Source: a virus
Direction: 5' to 3' (one strand)
Virus record (IMG/VR): IMGVR_UViG_3300030040_000144
Coordinates: 37,244-101,243 of that record
Length of the DNA: 64,000 bases
Positions 10,601-19,020 of the stretch are shown here, piece by piece. The translations under genes and the position numbers were made by a program. Numbering within the stretch: position 1 is the first letter of the stretch; each line of letters begins with the position of its first letter. Below the pieces are notes generated by a model. The model did no database searches, had not been told where the DNA came from, and worked only from the letters and a program-made list of their open reading frames with translations.

Positions 10601-11121
10601 GAGGTTACAATTACGACCTCGACCGCAGTTATCGTTTCTACACAAGCGACATCTGGTGCGCGGGTAATTTCGGGCATAACGGAAAAACGGTTGCCGTGGT
10701 TGTCAAAGACGAGATGCGGGTGTATACCGACGACAAGAACTATGAAACCGTGAAGCTACCTCAGAAGTTTATCGCCGGAACTTCAAACAAGTATTACGAG
10801 ATACGTCTGTACAATTCCGGTTATGAAGATTCTCCGGAAAGCGACACGGCCGGTCTTCCGATTGACGTAGTTGTATTCTCGCAGTCGGATGACTGGTACT
10901 ATGTGTTCATACCGTACGGAAAAGGCAAGGAGTTTACCATCATTAACGCCAACGACAGAAGCAGCATACACTACGCCGACACAATGGGATGGAAAGAACT
11001 GAACGGCGGTCTGTCAAGACATTGCGTTTATATTGACCCCTCATGGCTTTACCCCGTTCCGCCAACCAGCTATCTCGGGCGTGGCGTATTCACCGTCGAT
11101 TCAGATTTGGACTGGGAATGA
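7621..11121 (+). CDS. Tail fibre / receptor-binding-like structural protein with a short collagen-like segment
   Basis: 1166-aa ORF rich in Thr/Gly/Asp, with GEQGKPGEQGKPGAAG Gly-X-Y repeats at ~nt 9895-9945. It is adjacent to the DGR target gene. No VR-like sequence at its 3' end. Confidence 0.5.
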   Translation: MMTEATTKDYWISPQALRLEPNALGNPDYLQASCTAGAQILVYVKDIIGYDAGHNYRRWPLQASPTVFNTHTIKYVYAAIPRTTDAGRTAQIVFPSERIDIYGLNEAEEQKGNPDYYYIFLQGILTASGDNGTTKRTWQQRVATGYLSSDEAVNAGPSDTEWYQYSTVDGIVTFLKNLAMKAGTEFVQLFARTLTIVSGGRIEFEGQDGGVTGMADATTPETAADKIVTPQYMDDNALSKRHDDETPYSLGAKDLVARRDLDVFGNTRLHGPLTVGQYNKGVEGAHVDFYGNAEFESIVSRSFIESPELRYNRTTITVGNKWQTKGAGIIEHVWNNANLDGSPLSANTRGVACLKLEPGEAGAIAVDDKCQGVFHIDGAKNDPSTTDSRDGNFHFAGFTTIYFVITEIYTADTLPQYIKDRLSPTDTVGQNQYFAYELRAATCAALPPENRDYWTDATHPQPGMHFAAYANATNADRQASRLTTTTYQLHLAGMTGWTYTEANMRLIIGWLTGFSFLQRVWDNTKGEFVEVTKELNGEGIATGNIYMWGSIDQFDRVPQLVAQQPYYKSTETADPPEGIILSTDGTPHYELNGWSADAITPTATARIVWQQWLYTYSDGTYRTGQVAFHAAHPTALTVLPSQSIVSVALSDWYDTAHPDDIEINLSARLMAGSEPVAITEATAQYADGNSGSGATIDTAGSSITISDDGTTAQFRLKIKGYVGVTVDGTTPEDSYITLTLTSAVGTASGMVAIAQNREGEQGKPGEQGKPGAAGITVRRTEWEEGVQYRNDSSAATAAPDGQRYLDEVSVTSLATGTAQWYVARPTHNGMTSSAANKPSTAAGNDWWEPVNDMRPLRTSFADIMTAFIKFLQVNQIQITDDDGTPYGAFGGGTDMEYPLWFGGKTYADAVTKFNRQGDAWIGKNFSVVNGAVTCDAGEFNNVKVKGDSEFSGTLKGVSGSFRKLNCVNDNGESVGGISFGSTGRMYFSGDLLSRGYNYDLDRSYRFYTSDIWCAGNFGHNGKTVAVVVKDEMRVYTDDKNYETVKLPQKFIAGTSNKYYEIRLYNSGYEDSPESDTAGLPIDVVVFSQSDDWYYVFIPYGKGKEFTIINANDRSSIHYADTMGWKELNGGLSRHCVYIDPSWLYPVPPTSYLGRGVFTVDSDLDWE

Positions 11122-11171
11122 GAAACGGATAACATGAATTTTACAACTGAAACCTAAACATTTATCAAATC

Positions 11172-11636
11172 ATGGAAGTAACAGTAAAAAGAATAGCCCT
11201 GCGCCCCACCTACACCATCGGGCGCATGTACATTGACGGGCAGTACGTGTGCGACACCCTTGAAGACACCGACCGTCACCTCACCTCTGCCATGAGCCCC
11301 GCGCAGATAGCCGCCGTAAAGGTGCCCGGCAGTACCGCCATACCCACGGGCAGATACCCCCTGAGCCTTAACACCGTGTCGCCGCGGTTCGGTAAGCGCA
11401 AGGCTTACCAGTTCTGCGGCGGCCGCCTGCCGCGTCTGTGCAACGTGCCCGGCTACAGCGGCGTACTTATACACATAGGCAACACCGAAGCCGACACTGA
11501 AGGCTGCATATTGGTGGGCAAAAACAAGGCCGTGGGGCAGGTGCTACAGTCGGCCGACACGTTCCGTGCCGTGTACGCCCTGCTCGATGCCGCCGCCCGC
11601 CGTGGTGAGCGCATCTTCATTACCATAGAGCGATGA
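11172..11636 (+). CDS. YkuD (L,D-transpeptidase)-fold-like protein, a possible cell-wall-acting or tail-associated enzyme
   Basis: C-terminal LIHIGNTEADTEGCILVGKN matches the H-x-G...G-C-[IV] catalytic signature of L,D-transpeptidase catalytic domains. Confidence 0.4.
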   Translation: MEVTVKRIALRPTYTIGRMYIDGQYVCDTLEDTDRHLTSAMSPAQIAAVKVPGSTAIPTGRYPLSLNTVSPRFGKRKAYQFCGGRLPRLCNVPGYSGVLIHIGNTEADTEGCILVGKNKAVGQVLQSADTFRAVYALLDAAARRGERIFITIER

Positions 11637-11680
11637 CCGCCCGAAGCCCGCACCGTAACCCACGCGTGCGGGCATAAAAA

Positions 11681-11710
11681 AAGCCGCTATCTTCGCAGAC
11701 TGCGGCTAAA
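11681..11710. terminator. Bidirectional intrinsic terminator
   Basis: aaaaaagccgc-[loop]-gcggctaaaataaa: a stem flanked by A/T runs, between convergent gene blocks. Confidence 0.5.
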
Positions 11711-11853
11711 ATAAATTAATTATAATTACTTTTTCAACTATCGCCGCCCCCCGGCAGCCGATTGTATGTTTGTATAAGTTTATACTCGTTCTTGTTGAGT
11801 ACAATGCAAAGGTACTTTTTTTTTCCGGTATTCCAAATTTTCGGCTTGTGATT

Positions 11854-12393
11854 TTAAAATTTCACGTCTTTCAGCCACGTCTTGTCGTATTCCGTGGCAT
11901 TTGCGGTCTTGTAGAAAACCACGTCGTTATAATTGCGGTCGTGGTAGAGTACCGCCTTTGTGCGTTCGTCGTTAAGCCACACTATCTGCAAGCGCCATGT
12001 GCCGTAAGCGTCCAGATGATCCTCGAACTGAATAACATCATCGGGGTCGGAGTTGAGATGTCCCATAGTGCCGCGCTTGTACAGATACCACTTCCCGTCT
12101 TTTCTGAGCACCGTCATGCGGAACGGACTCACGGAGTGCTTGTCGCTGGCCACTATCTCCAGCTTGTACTTTGTGATACCGTTGTTTTCCGCAGTGGCTA
12201 TCTCGTCCGTCTCCCACTGCCCGAAGAGGGCTTTCTCCGTTTCGTAATACCCGCAGTCATCCTTTTGACACGAGGCGAAACATACGCTCATCATTACCAC
12301 GCATACCGCCATGATGGTGCGGAACATTCCTTTGAGCAGCCGTGGCAGCGTTCTTGCTTGTCTCTCTCTCTGATTCTTGATTGATTGTTTCAT
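11854..12393 (-). CDS. Lipoprotein (probable moron)
   Basis: Internal Met start MKQSIKNQ... followed by a hydrophobic signal and a CFASC lipobox-like motif. Minus strand, between + strand blocks. Confidence 0.45.
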   Translation of the reverse strand: MKQSIKNQRERQARTLPRLLKGMFRTIMAVCVVMMSVCFASCQKDDCGYYETEKALFGQWETDEIATAENNGITKYKLEIVASDKHSVSPFRMTVLRKDGKWYLYKRGTMGHLNSDPDDVIQFEDHLDAYGTWRLQIVWLNDERTKAVLYHDRNYNDVVFYKTANATEYDKTWLKDVKF

Positions 12394-12878
12394 GGTCCTT
12401 GTTGTTTTGGTTGATATTGAAGTTATGTATTTATTTTTTTCAGTGTAAATTATTATTATTCTTTTTGAAAACTCGCGTCTTGATGCCACTCGCCATATAT
12501 GTCCGCTCCGTGTACTTGTTTTACATACTTTTACAGTGGGAACAAAGAGGTGTTTTCACGTGTTTTTCCGATAGGGTTTTCATAAGCTTCTCGTCTCGCT
12601 CGCCATCGGGCTGTGGGCATTGCCGGTAATGGTGGCGAGGGAGGTGTGGCAGTGGAAACGCTACAGGCTCGCGAGATTTGAATGGTGGGACGTGGTGAGG
12701 TAACACATCCTTGTGCGAATAGACTTTCTTGCATAATACCAAAAAGAAAGACCGCTGTCATCACGGATAGCAGCCTTTATTGATTTTAACATTTTAAATA
12801 CTTCATAGAATATAAAATTCTTGTGAAATACTTGATGCAAGGTCCATATATTTTTATTCTCCTGCAAGAGAAATTATG

Positions 12879-13448
12879 TTAATTGACAAGCATCGGTCCT
12901 GTATCACGGCCTGTGAACGAAATATTGATGTTTCTGGCATAGTCGCCATTCTTTTCTGTCATTTCATCTATATGTAGCGTCACCTGGAATGTCTTTCTTC
13001 CGTATTCGTCGCCCTTGTCAAGAGTCTTGATTTCCGCCCATGCCCCTTTCACGGGTTGATTGTTCTCCCATGTACTGAGTTCGTGCTTCTTGTATTCAGA
13101 TAGCCATTGCTCCTTCCATCCCCATACCGAACCATCTACCTGCATTATCTCGTAACGTCCATCATACATATCATCTTGCGGAGCATTGTAGACGATTATT
13201 CCTATTACATAATAATCGTTTTTGAAATTACCTTCTATCGGGTCGCTTTGAAGGTTAAAGAATCCCCAGTCATACCTTTTTGAATAACTCAACTGATGCG
13301 CGGGTTTTTCTCTAAGGAGTTTAGCGAACGGCGATTCTACAGGCACATACTCCTCTTTCTCTGCTCCGTCGCTGCTGCAACTCGCTACACTCGCGCCCAC
13401 GGCAAGCAGCATGGCTGCCATGAGCAAAAATCCAAAAATCTTCTTCAT
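12879..13448 (-). CDS. Lipoprotein
   Basis: MKKIFGFLLMAAMLLAVGASVASCSS: a classic Bacteroidales lipoprotein signal with a Cys lipobox. Confidence 0.5.
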   Translation of the reverse strand: MKKIFGFLLMAAMLLAVGASVASCSSDGAEKEEYVPVESPFAKLLREKPAHQLSYSKRYDWGFFNLQSDPIEGNFKNDYYVIGIIVYNAPQDDMYDGRYEIMQVDGSVWGWKEQWLSEYKKHELSTWENNQPVKGAWAEIKTLDKGDEYGRKTFQVTLHIDEMTEKNGDYARNINISFTGRDTGPMLVN

Positions 13449-13759
13449 AATGAATTTATTGTTTTTAGTTAATAATGTTACCATATATTTATTGTTGTCA
13501 ACGAAATGCCCTAAAACACGAAAAAACTTGCCTTATGGAGTGCGGAGTTTTCGTCTTTTCGTTTGTTTCGTTGACAAAAAAGAACCATTTGCAGACTCTC
13601 CCCCACACCGCTATGTCCGATGTTTCACGCACGTTTTTTGTACCTTTATACCATGAGCAACGTCATTGGACTTTCGTAGTACTTTCATAGTACTTTCGTA
13701 GTACTTGCTCTGTTTGTATTCACGCCCCTTTTTAGGAGTATTGTTTCACGGAAAAATTA

Positions 13760-14212
13760 TTGCTTATGGCTAAGATTGTTCCAAGCCACTTGGTTAGTTC
13801 CATTAGTGGCAAACTGTGCAAGAAGGACACTACTTACATTGGTGTCAACAAGCGCACGGGTAAGATGTATTCGGCTGGCTATCACGGATGCGTGCAGCCG
13901 AACAGTGAAAAACAGCAGATGGCAAAGGCCACTTTCAAGAAGAAAGCGCAGTTTGCCTCTGCTTGGTGGAAGCAGAACCGTCCGTCGGCTACGTCGGCGA
14001 AGGGCAGCGAGGCTTACCTCTCGATGATGAAGGCATACAAGGCGCAGCACAAGATTGGTAATCCCTACTCTTTCCTCCGTTCGCTGGTTACAGACGATTG
14101 TAAGGTGATGCTTAAAGGTACCGACCTTACGGGCGGTATCGCATCGGGAGGCGACACCGCCGAGGGTGGAAGCCCAGGACAGCAGAAGCCCGGCGGAAGC
14201 CTTGAAGGGTAA
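13760..14212 (+). CDS. Hypothetical lysine-rich protein
   Basis: 150-aa ORF preceded by a triple tagtactttc repeat and a 13-bp inverted repeat. Confidence 0.35.
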   Translation: MLMAKIVPSHLVSSISGKLCKKDTTYIGVNKRTGKMYSAGYHGCVQPNSEKQQMAKATFKKKAQFASAWWKQNRPSATSAKGSEAYLSMMKAYKAQHKIGNPYSFLRSLVTDDCKVMLKGTDLTGGIASGGDTAEGGSPGQQKPGGSLEG

Positions 14213-14267
14213 GGCTGGGATGGAAGAGTAAGAAAGGCGCATAGTCGGATAAGACCGTGCGTTTTTT

Positions 14268-14591
14268 TTAGTCTGCCGACACGCTGGCGTTAATCTTCGC
14301 TCCGCACGTGGGGCATACCGTCTGTATATTGAACTGGACGGGAGTCTTTACCTGATCTTCTTCGGGGAACAGCTGGGTTATCTTGACACCAAGCGCATCA
14401 GCTATTTCGTACAGGTTGCTAAGCGTGGGGTTTCCGTTTATACGTAAACTCAAGGCGCCCGGTGTAACTGTGCGTACGTTATTATCTTTATCTGTTCTGG
14501 TTATTTTTGCCGCAAGGTCTGAAAGCGTCATGCCTTTTTGACGCATTATTTCCGCAATGCGCAGTCTGTTCTTTTTTATTTCTGTAGCCAT
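14268..14591 (-). CDS. XRE-family HTH regulator with C-terminal VCPTCG motif
   Basis: N-terminal HTH (GMTLSDLAAKI...) and a C-terminal ...TVCPTCGAKI motif. Divergent from the small protein and nuclease operon. Confidence 0.55.
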   Translation of the reverse strand: MATEIKKNRLRIAEIMRQKGMTLSDLAAKITRTDKDNNVRTVTPGALSLRINGNPTLSNLYEIADALGVKITQLFPEEDQVKTPVQFNIQTVCPTCGAKINASVSAD

Positions 14592-14800
14592 AGGTTTATA
14601 GTATTATCAAAATGTTGCACAAATATAAATATAATATTGTTAAACCAAAACATATTTAGTGGAATTAGTTTTATTTTTAGTTTTTGCTATATTTTTATTT
14701 GCATATTTAAAGTTATATCATTAGTTTTGCGCCGTGCTTTTGCATAGAACGCTAAAAACACGTGTTGCGTTGATTCAATAACTCTTAATATTATTTAAAA

Positions 14801-14986
14801 ATGAGACAAACAAAAGTAACCATTGAGTTAGGAAAAGAAGATTTGCGGCTTGCCGCCACATCAGTTATCGAGTATTTAACATTATACCCACCTTTTAGCG
14901 AAGAACGCAGTGTAGGATTCGATATGGGTGTACAGCTCCTTTTTGATGTCTTGAAATCCACTTTTAAGGATAACGGAAAGGAGTAG
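14801..14986 (+). CDS. Small conserved protein, paralog of 22192..22374
   Basis: 61 aa. It shares the K-V-TI...IEY-TL-PP core with the ORF at 22192. It ends 4 nt before the nuclease gene. Confidence 0.35.
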   Translation: MRQTKVTIELGKEDLRLAATSVIEYLTLYPPFSEERSVGFDMGVQLLFDVLKSTFKDNGKE

Positions 14987-14989
14987 TGT

Positions 14990-16516
14990 ATGGAGAAATA
15001 TGAGTTATCCGAAGCAAAAATAAATGCCGTAAAGAATATTCTGTGCGACAAAATTTCTTTGGAGTGCAGTTGTCTTACAAGTGTAGAACGTGTTCATTTA
15101 ATTCTTGCGTCTTGCGCTTATGTAAATAACCCTAAATCCTTGATTTCTTCAAAACGTTTACATGGAATTATGGATGTTTTACACTTTAGACACCATCGTT
15201 TCCGTGCTCATCGTATGCGCTACTTTTACGAGCTGATAAAGAACATTGCTGCTGAAGGCGAAAACATTTATCCAGAACGATTGCAAACTTTAAAAGTCGC
15301 AGAACTTGTCAAAGAGGGATTGAGCGAAGACCCGAGCGTATCTTCTATTTCCGACGAGATAAACGAGTATAAGAGCCAAGTTGATATTATGAAGAAGAGA
15401 TATTCCGACTTGGTTGAAGACCTGATAGAAGTACAACGCAAGGAATCTGATGAATACTTTGCAAACAAGAAGCCTTATGTACAAAGACATGACCGCAGAT
15501 TTGCCTTTGACGCGAGAAACCAACCTTACACGAACGAGGAGTTTATAGAAAAGCTCCGTGCGGTGTATGGTGATGATTATGACTATTCAGATGTGAATTA
15601 TACAAATAACCGAACCGCAATAAGGTTAAAGTGTAAAAAGCATGGCGATGTATTTGAACGCTTGCCATTGAACTTGCTGAAGGGATGGGGTTGTCCTTCC
15701 TGCAATAAGGAGCAGGGAAAGACATGGGCAAATACTATTGCGTGCTCTTACGATCCACAGCAACGCAGTGTGCGTTGGAATACAAAACGCTTCATTGCAG
15801 AGTCGAAAGCTCGTTTTGGCGATGATGTTTTTGATTACTCCCAATGCGTTTACAAGAACAACGACACTCCCGTTACTCTTATACACAAACACAGTGGAAA
15901 AGTCTTTTCGGTCTGGCCTTATGAACATTTGCGACATGATGAATGTTACTATGGAGAACGCCGCTACTATCAAGGCACTACGGATGCAGAAAAAATCCAC
16001 TTCATCGTTAAACGTATTAGAGAGAACGTGAACCATAAAGTATATGTACCGATGCAGCATATTGAAGATTCTTGGAAAACCATTAAGTGTATATGTCCTG
16101 TTCATGGTGTGTTTTATACCAATCTGGCGCGTATATATAATGGAGTGTGTTGTCCTGAATGTCAAATGCCGGCAGGCGAAAGCCTTGGAGAGCGTAATGT
16201 CCGCAAATACCTTACGAGCAAAGGAATAGTTTTCTTGCAGGAATACCGTATTGAAGATAAAGGATATTTTGAGAACTTCGCGCGTGTTGATTTCTATCTG
16301 CCCGAACATAACGTTTTCATAGAGTTCCAAGGTGAGCAGCATTATGGCATAGGCAATGAGGAGTTGTCGCACGGACGAAAGACATTCAAAGAGCAAAAGA
16401 AGCGTGATGATAGTTTGCGGAAATACGCTTTTGACAAACGTATTGAACTGATTGAAGTTCCGTTCTTTTTTCGTAATCACGTTAAAGACTATTTGGATAA
16501 GTATTTTGTTGTCTGA
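14990..16516 (+). CDS. Protein with triple zinc-ribbon-like repeats and a C-terminal Vsr/DUF559-like PD-(D/E)xK nuclease domain. A putative homing-endonuclease-like or defence nuclease.
   Basis: Three ~80-aa repeats each carry a Cys/His cluster (...GWGCPSCN, ...HDECYYGE, ...GVCCPECQ). The C-terminus VDFYLPEHNVFIEFQGEQHYG matches the D-x(n)-IE-x-G-xx-H pattern of Vsr/DUF559-type endonucleases. Confidence 0.45.
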   Translation: MEKYELSEAKINAVKNILCDKISLECSCLTSVERVHLILASCAYVNNPKSLISSKRLHGIMDVLHFRHHRFRAHRMRYFYELIKNIAAEGENIYPERLQTLKVAELVKEGLSEDPSVSSISDEINEYKSQVDIMKKRYSDLVEDLIEVQRKESDEYFANKKPYVQRHDRRFAFDARNQPYTNEEFIEKLRAVYGDDYDYSDVNYTNNRTAIRLKCKKHGDVFERLPLNLLKGWGCPSCNKEQGKTWANTIACSYDPQQRSVRWNTKRFIAESKARFGDDVFDYSQCVYKNNDTPVTLIHKHSGKVFSVWPYEHLRHDECYYGERRYYQGTTDAEKIHFIVKRIRENVNHKVYVPMQHIEDSWKTIKCICPVHGVFYTNLARIYNGVCCPECQMPAGESLGERNVRKYLTSKGIVFLQEYRIEDKGYFENFARVDFYLPEHNVFIEFQGEQHYGIGNEELSHGRKTFKEQKKRDDSLRKYAFDKRIELIEVPFFFRNHVKDYLDKYFVV

Positions 16517-16540
16517 CAGCATGAGGTAGGGCAGAACCTT

Positions 16541-16984
16541 CTACCCTACCCCATTCTTCTCCTCGGCATATCGCGGAATGTTGGTTACGAGGAAGGCGGT
16601 GGCGCAGTTGGGGCATACCAACACCTTGTGTGCGTCTTGCGGAGTCTGTGCGAATAGCGGGCCTAAGCGTTCGCGCTCGGCATACTCCTTCAGCTTCTCA
16701 AAGCTCACCTTCGGCTCTTCGATGATGGTGCCGTCTTGAGCCATGCGATAGAAGAAGTCGCGGGGGTCAACGTCTATTGCCCAGGCTATCTTGTAGATGG
16801 TGGAGATTGTAGGGTTGCCCGATGTCATTTGCGACACGGCTGCCTTTGTCACGCCCAGTCGTTCTGCCACTTGCTGAGTGGTGAATCCCTTGCGATGAAC
16901 GGTCTCCATAATGTTCAGTTCGGTAACGGGAGCGTATGGCTGCACCACCTTGCGCCCATCTTTCTTTATCTCGATGTCTACCAT
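16541..16984 (-). CDS. XRE-family HTH regulator with C-terminal VCPNC motif
   Basis: HTH (TTQQVAERLGVTKAAVSQM) and a C-terminal LVCPNCATAF motif. Confidence 0.55.
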   Translation of the reverse strand: MVDIEIKKDGRKVVQPYAPVTELNIMETVHRKGFTTQQVAERLGVTKAAVSQMTSGNPTISTIYKIAWAIDVDPRDFFYRMAQDGTIIEEPKVSFEKLKEYAERERLGPLFAQTPQDAHKVLVCPNCATAFLVTNIPRYAEEKNGVG

Positions 16985-17456
16985 ATATATAGTGTTTTGT
17001 GTTGTTTATAACGCAAAGTTAAGGCATTTTGTTTTTATGCACAGGACATTATGCGCTTTTCGTCATTTTCGTATAAGTTTGGTCTATTAATAAGGCGTTT
17101 TTAGTATAGTTCTCGGTTGTTTTAACGTACTAAAAATGAGCGTTTAAATGTGTTTTATCCCCAAAATAACCGTTGTAATTTGGGTTTCCCGAAAATTGGC
17201 AGAACGTAGGTTGCTACCCATAAAACCATGTAATTTTTTAAGAATTAAAGCAAAGGTGTTCGTTTGAACGGCTCGACCTCACGCGGCACGGCCCACCGCA
17301 CTGAGTAGAGCTGTTCCTACCTGACACAGTCATAACTGTACGATTTATGCCCACGCATAGGCAGGCGTAACGGTCGGCGATCTCTCCGCTGTGGATGCTC
17401 GGACGGTGGCGAGGTAATCCGTAGTAGTTTTTTTTTGTGAATTATTTGCAAAAAAA

Positions 17457-17488
17457 TTTGGTAAAAGGTAGAAAAATTACTACTTTTG
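17457..17488 (+). promoter_or_regulatory. Bacteroides-type promoter (-33 TTTG / -7 TActTTTG) for hicAB
   Basis: TTTG sits 21 nt upstream of TACTTTTG, about 30 nt before the hicA start. Confidence 0.4.
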
Positions 17489-17518
17489 CAAAGTCAAACA
17501 AATAAAACGTATAAAACA

Positions 17519-17698
17519 ATGAAGTACAAAGAATTTCACAAGAGAATCAAGGCTAAGGGCTGGAAGTTCAGCCACGCCGAAGGCTCACACTACTTTTACA
17601 CCAAGGGCGGCAAGCTCTCGCCGCCTGTCCCATACCATGGAGCCAAGGAGATCCCCGAACGGCTCCGCCGGAGCATAGCGCAAGCAATGGGCATATAA
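17519..17698 (+). CDS. hicA: HicA-family toxin (mRNA interferase)
   Basis: 59 aa: MKYKEFHKRIKAKGWKFSHAEGSHYFYTKGGK. It matches the HicA K..E..K.L...GW......GSH..Y signature. Confidence 0.7.
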   Translation: MKYKEFHKRIKAKGWKFSHAEGSHYFYTKGGKLSPPVPYHGAKEIPERLRRSIAQAMGI

Positions 17699-17765
17699 CA
17701 GACAAGAGGGAAGGGCTAGCCCTTCCCTCTCGATAATAAAAATAATAAAGATAATATATAAGATT

Positions 17766-18173
17766 ATGGTAAATGAAATTATAATGCTTATTTCAGCAAG
17801 TGCCGACAGTTTCGGCGCATGCTCTGAGAACTGCCCCGGCATCTGGGCGGCTGGTGATACCGTGGAAGCGTGCAAAGCCGACGCCGTACGAGCTATTGAA
17901 CTAATAAAAAAGAACATGCCGCGCGAGGACTGGCCCGAACCTTTAAAGGCTAAAGAATATACTATAACATGGCAATATGATATAGAAAGCTTTTTACTTT
18001 TCTTTGGTAGCTTCATTTCGCTAGCCGGTATGGAGCGTATAACGGGCATAAATCAAAAACAATTATGGGCCTATATGCACGGGCGCAAAAAGCCACGACA
18101 GGCACAGAAAGAAAAGATAATAAACGCTTTGCACCGTTTCGCCCATGACTTGGCGGCGGCTGTTATACTTTAG
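17766..18173 (+). CDS. hicB: HicB-family antitoxin
   Basis: The N-terminal PG...G.T.EA......AIEL segment is HicB-like. The C-terminus is HTH-like (ITGINQKQLWAYMHGRKKP). It lies directly downstream of hicA. Confidence 0.6.
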   Translation: MVNEIIMLISASADSFGACSENCPGIWAAGDTVEACKADAVRAIELIKKNMPREDWPEPLKAKEYTITWQYDIESFLLFFGSFISLAGMERITGINQKQLWAYMHGRKKPRQAQKEKIINALHRFAHDLAAAVIL

Positions 18174-18259
18174 GTTAGTTTTATTTGTTTGACAGCTTAG
18201 GAAATTAACCGAAGCTTTCCCGGCATGGTGTAAACCTTGTCGGGATTTTTTTTTGCTTT

Positions 18260-18595
18260 TTATTTCTTTGCTTCTTCCCGCTCCAACTTCTCCACGATGT
18301 CGCGGAGCTGCTGCACGGTGTCGGCGGTGTAAATCTCACAGCCTACACGCACAACACCCACTAGGCCGCCGCTGTAACGCTGCGCTTTTTTTTGCTTCAA
18401 TTCCTCAACAACCGAAGGAGGTGCGAGGAGCTGCCACGGTTCGACATCCAAAGCGGCGGCGATGCGCTCCAAGGTTGGGAACGAGGGGCGCGAGATTGTG
18501 GCCGAAATGTTTTGCTGTGTAACCCCGAGACGGTCGGCAAGCTCTTTCTGCGTAACGCCTAATATATTTAGATACTCTTTTATATATACGTTCAT
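18260..18595 (-). CDS. XRE-family HTH regulator
   Basis: HTH ILGVTQKELADRLGVTQQNIS. A Lys-rich C-terminus. Confidence 0.55.
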   Translation of the reverse strand: MNVYIKEYLNILGVTQKELADRLGVTQQNISATISRPSFPTLERIAAALDVEPWQLLAPPSVVEELKQKKAQRYSGGLVGVVRVGCEIYTADTVQQLRDIVEKLEREEAKK

Positions 18596-18622
18596 TTTTT
18601 ATTTTTTTTGCAAATACGGGCG

Positions 18623-18913
18623 TTATTCTTCGCTTTTGGATAAATTAACGTGCAAAGGCTTTCCGCAATGAGGACAGACAAGCCGCACGCCTCGCCCCTC
18701 CTGCTGCGTGTTTGCTGCAACCTCTTCAGGGCTGGCGAATAGTTGCCACATCGGTATATTAAGCACGGCCGCCCACTTCTCTAACGTGGGATAAGATGGC
18801 GTTTTAATCTGCTGATATAAACCGACCGGAGAGATACCGAGCAGGGCGGCGAACTCCTTTTGTGTGATATTGCGTTCTTTTAGTATTTGCTTTATCCTGT
18901 TCATCTGTAACAA
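18623..18913 (-). CDS. XRE-family HTH regulator with C-terminal VCPHCG motif
   Basis: HTH ITQKEFAALLGISPVGLYQ and a C-terminal RLVCPHCGKPLH motif. The third member of the HTH+VCPxC set. Confidence 0.55.
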   Translation of the reverse strand: MLQMNRIKQILKERNITQKEFAALLGISPVGLYQQIKTPSYPTLEKWAAVLNIPMWQLFASPEEVAANTQQEGRGVRLVCPHCGKPLHVNLSKSEE

Positions 18914-19020
18914 TATATAATATTTAGTATTTGATATTGCAAAAGTATATAAAACCTAAAAGTATATAGTATATACTTAGTTAATAAGTATTAAATATAT
19001 AGTATTTTCTATTGTTTTAT

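Noticed and set aside
8956-10677. Long antisense ORFs (186 and 210 aa) within the tail-fibre gene
   Set aside because: Embedded opposite a 3.5-kb ORF in GC-rich coding sequence; Arg/Gly-rich shadow translations.
7621-11121. Possible second DGR target (the 1166-aa protein)
   Set aside because: Its 3' end (...GRGVFTVDSDLDWE) shows no similarity to the TR. No second VR-like copy was found by eye anywhere in the window.
17230-17445. Retron ncRNA (msr/msd)
   Set aside because: The only RT in the window is 11 kb away and has DGR-specific motifs with a cognate TR/VR. No a1/a2 inverted repeats were recognised flanking the GC-rich block.
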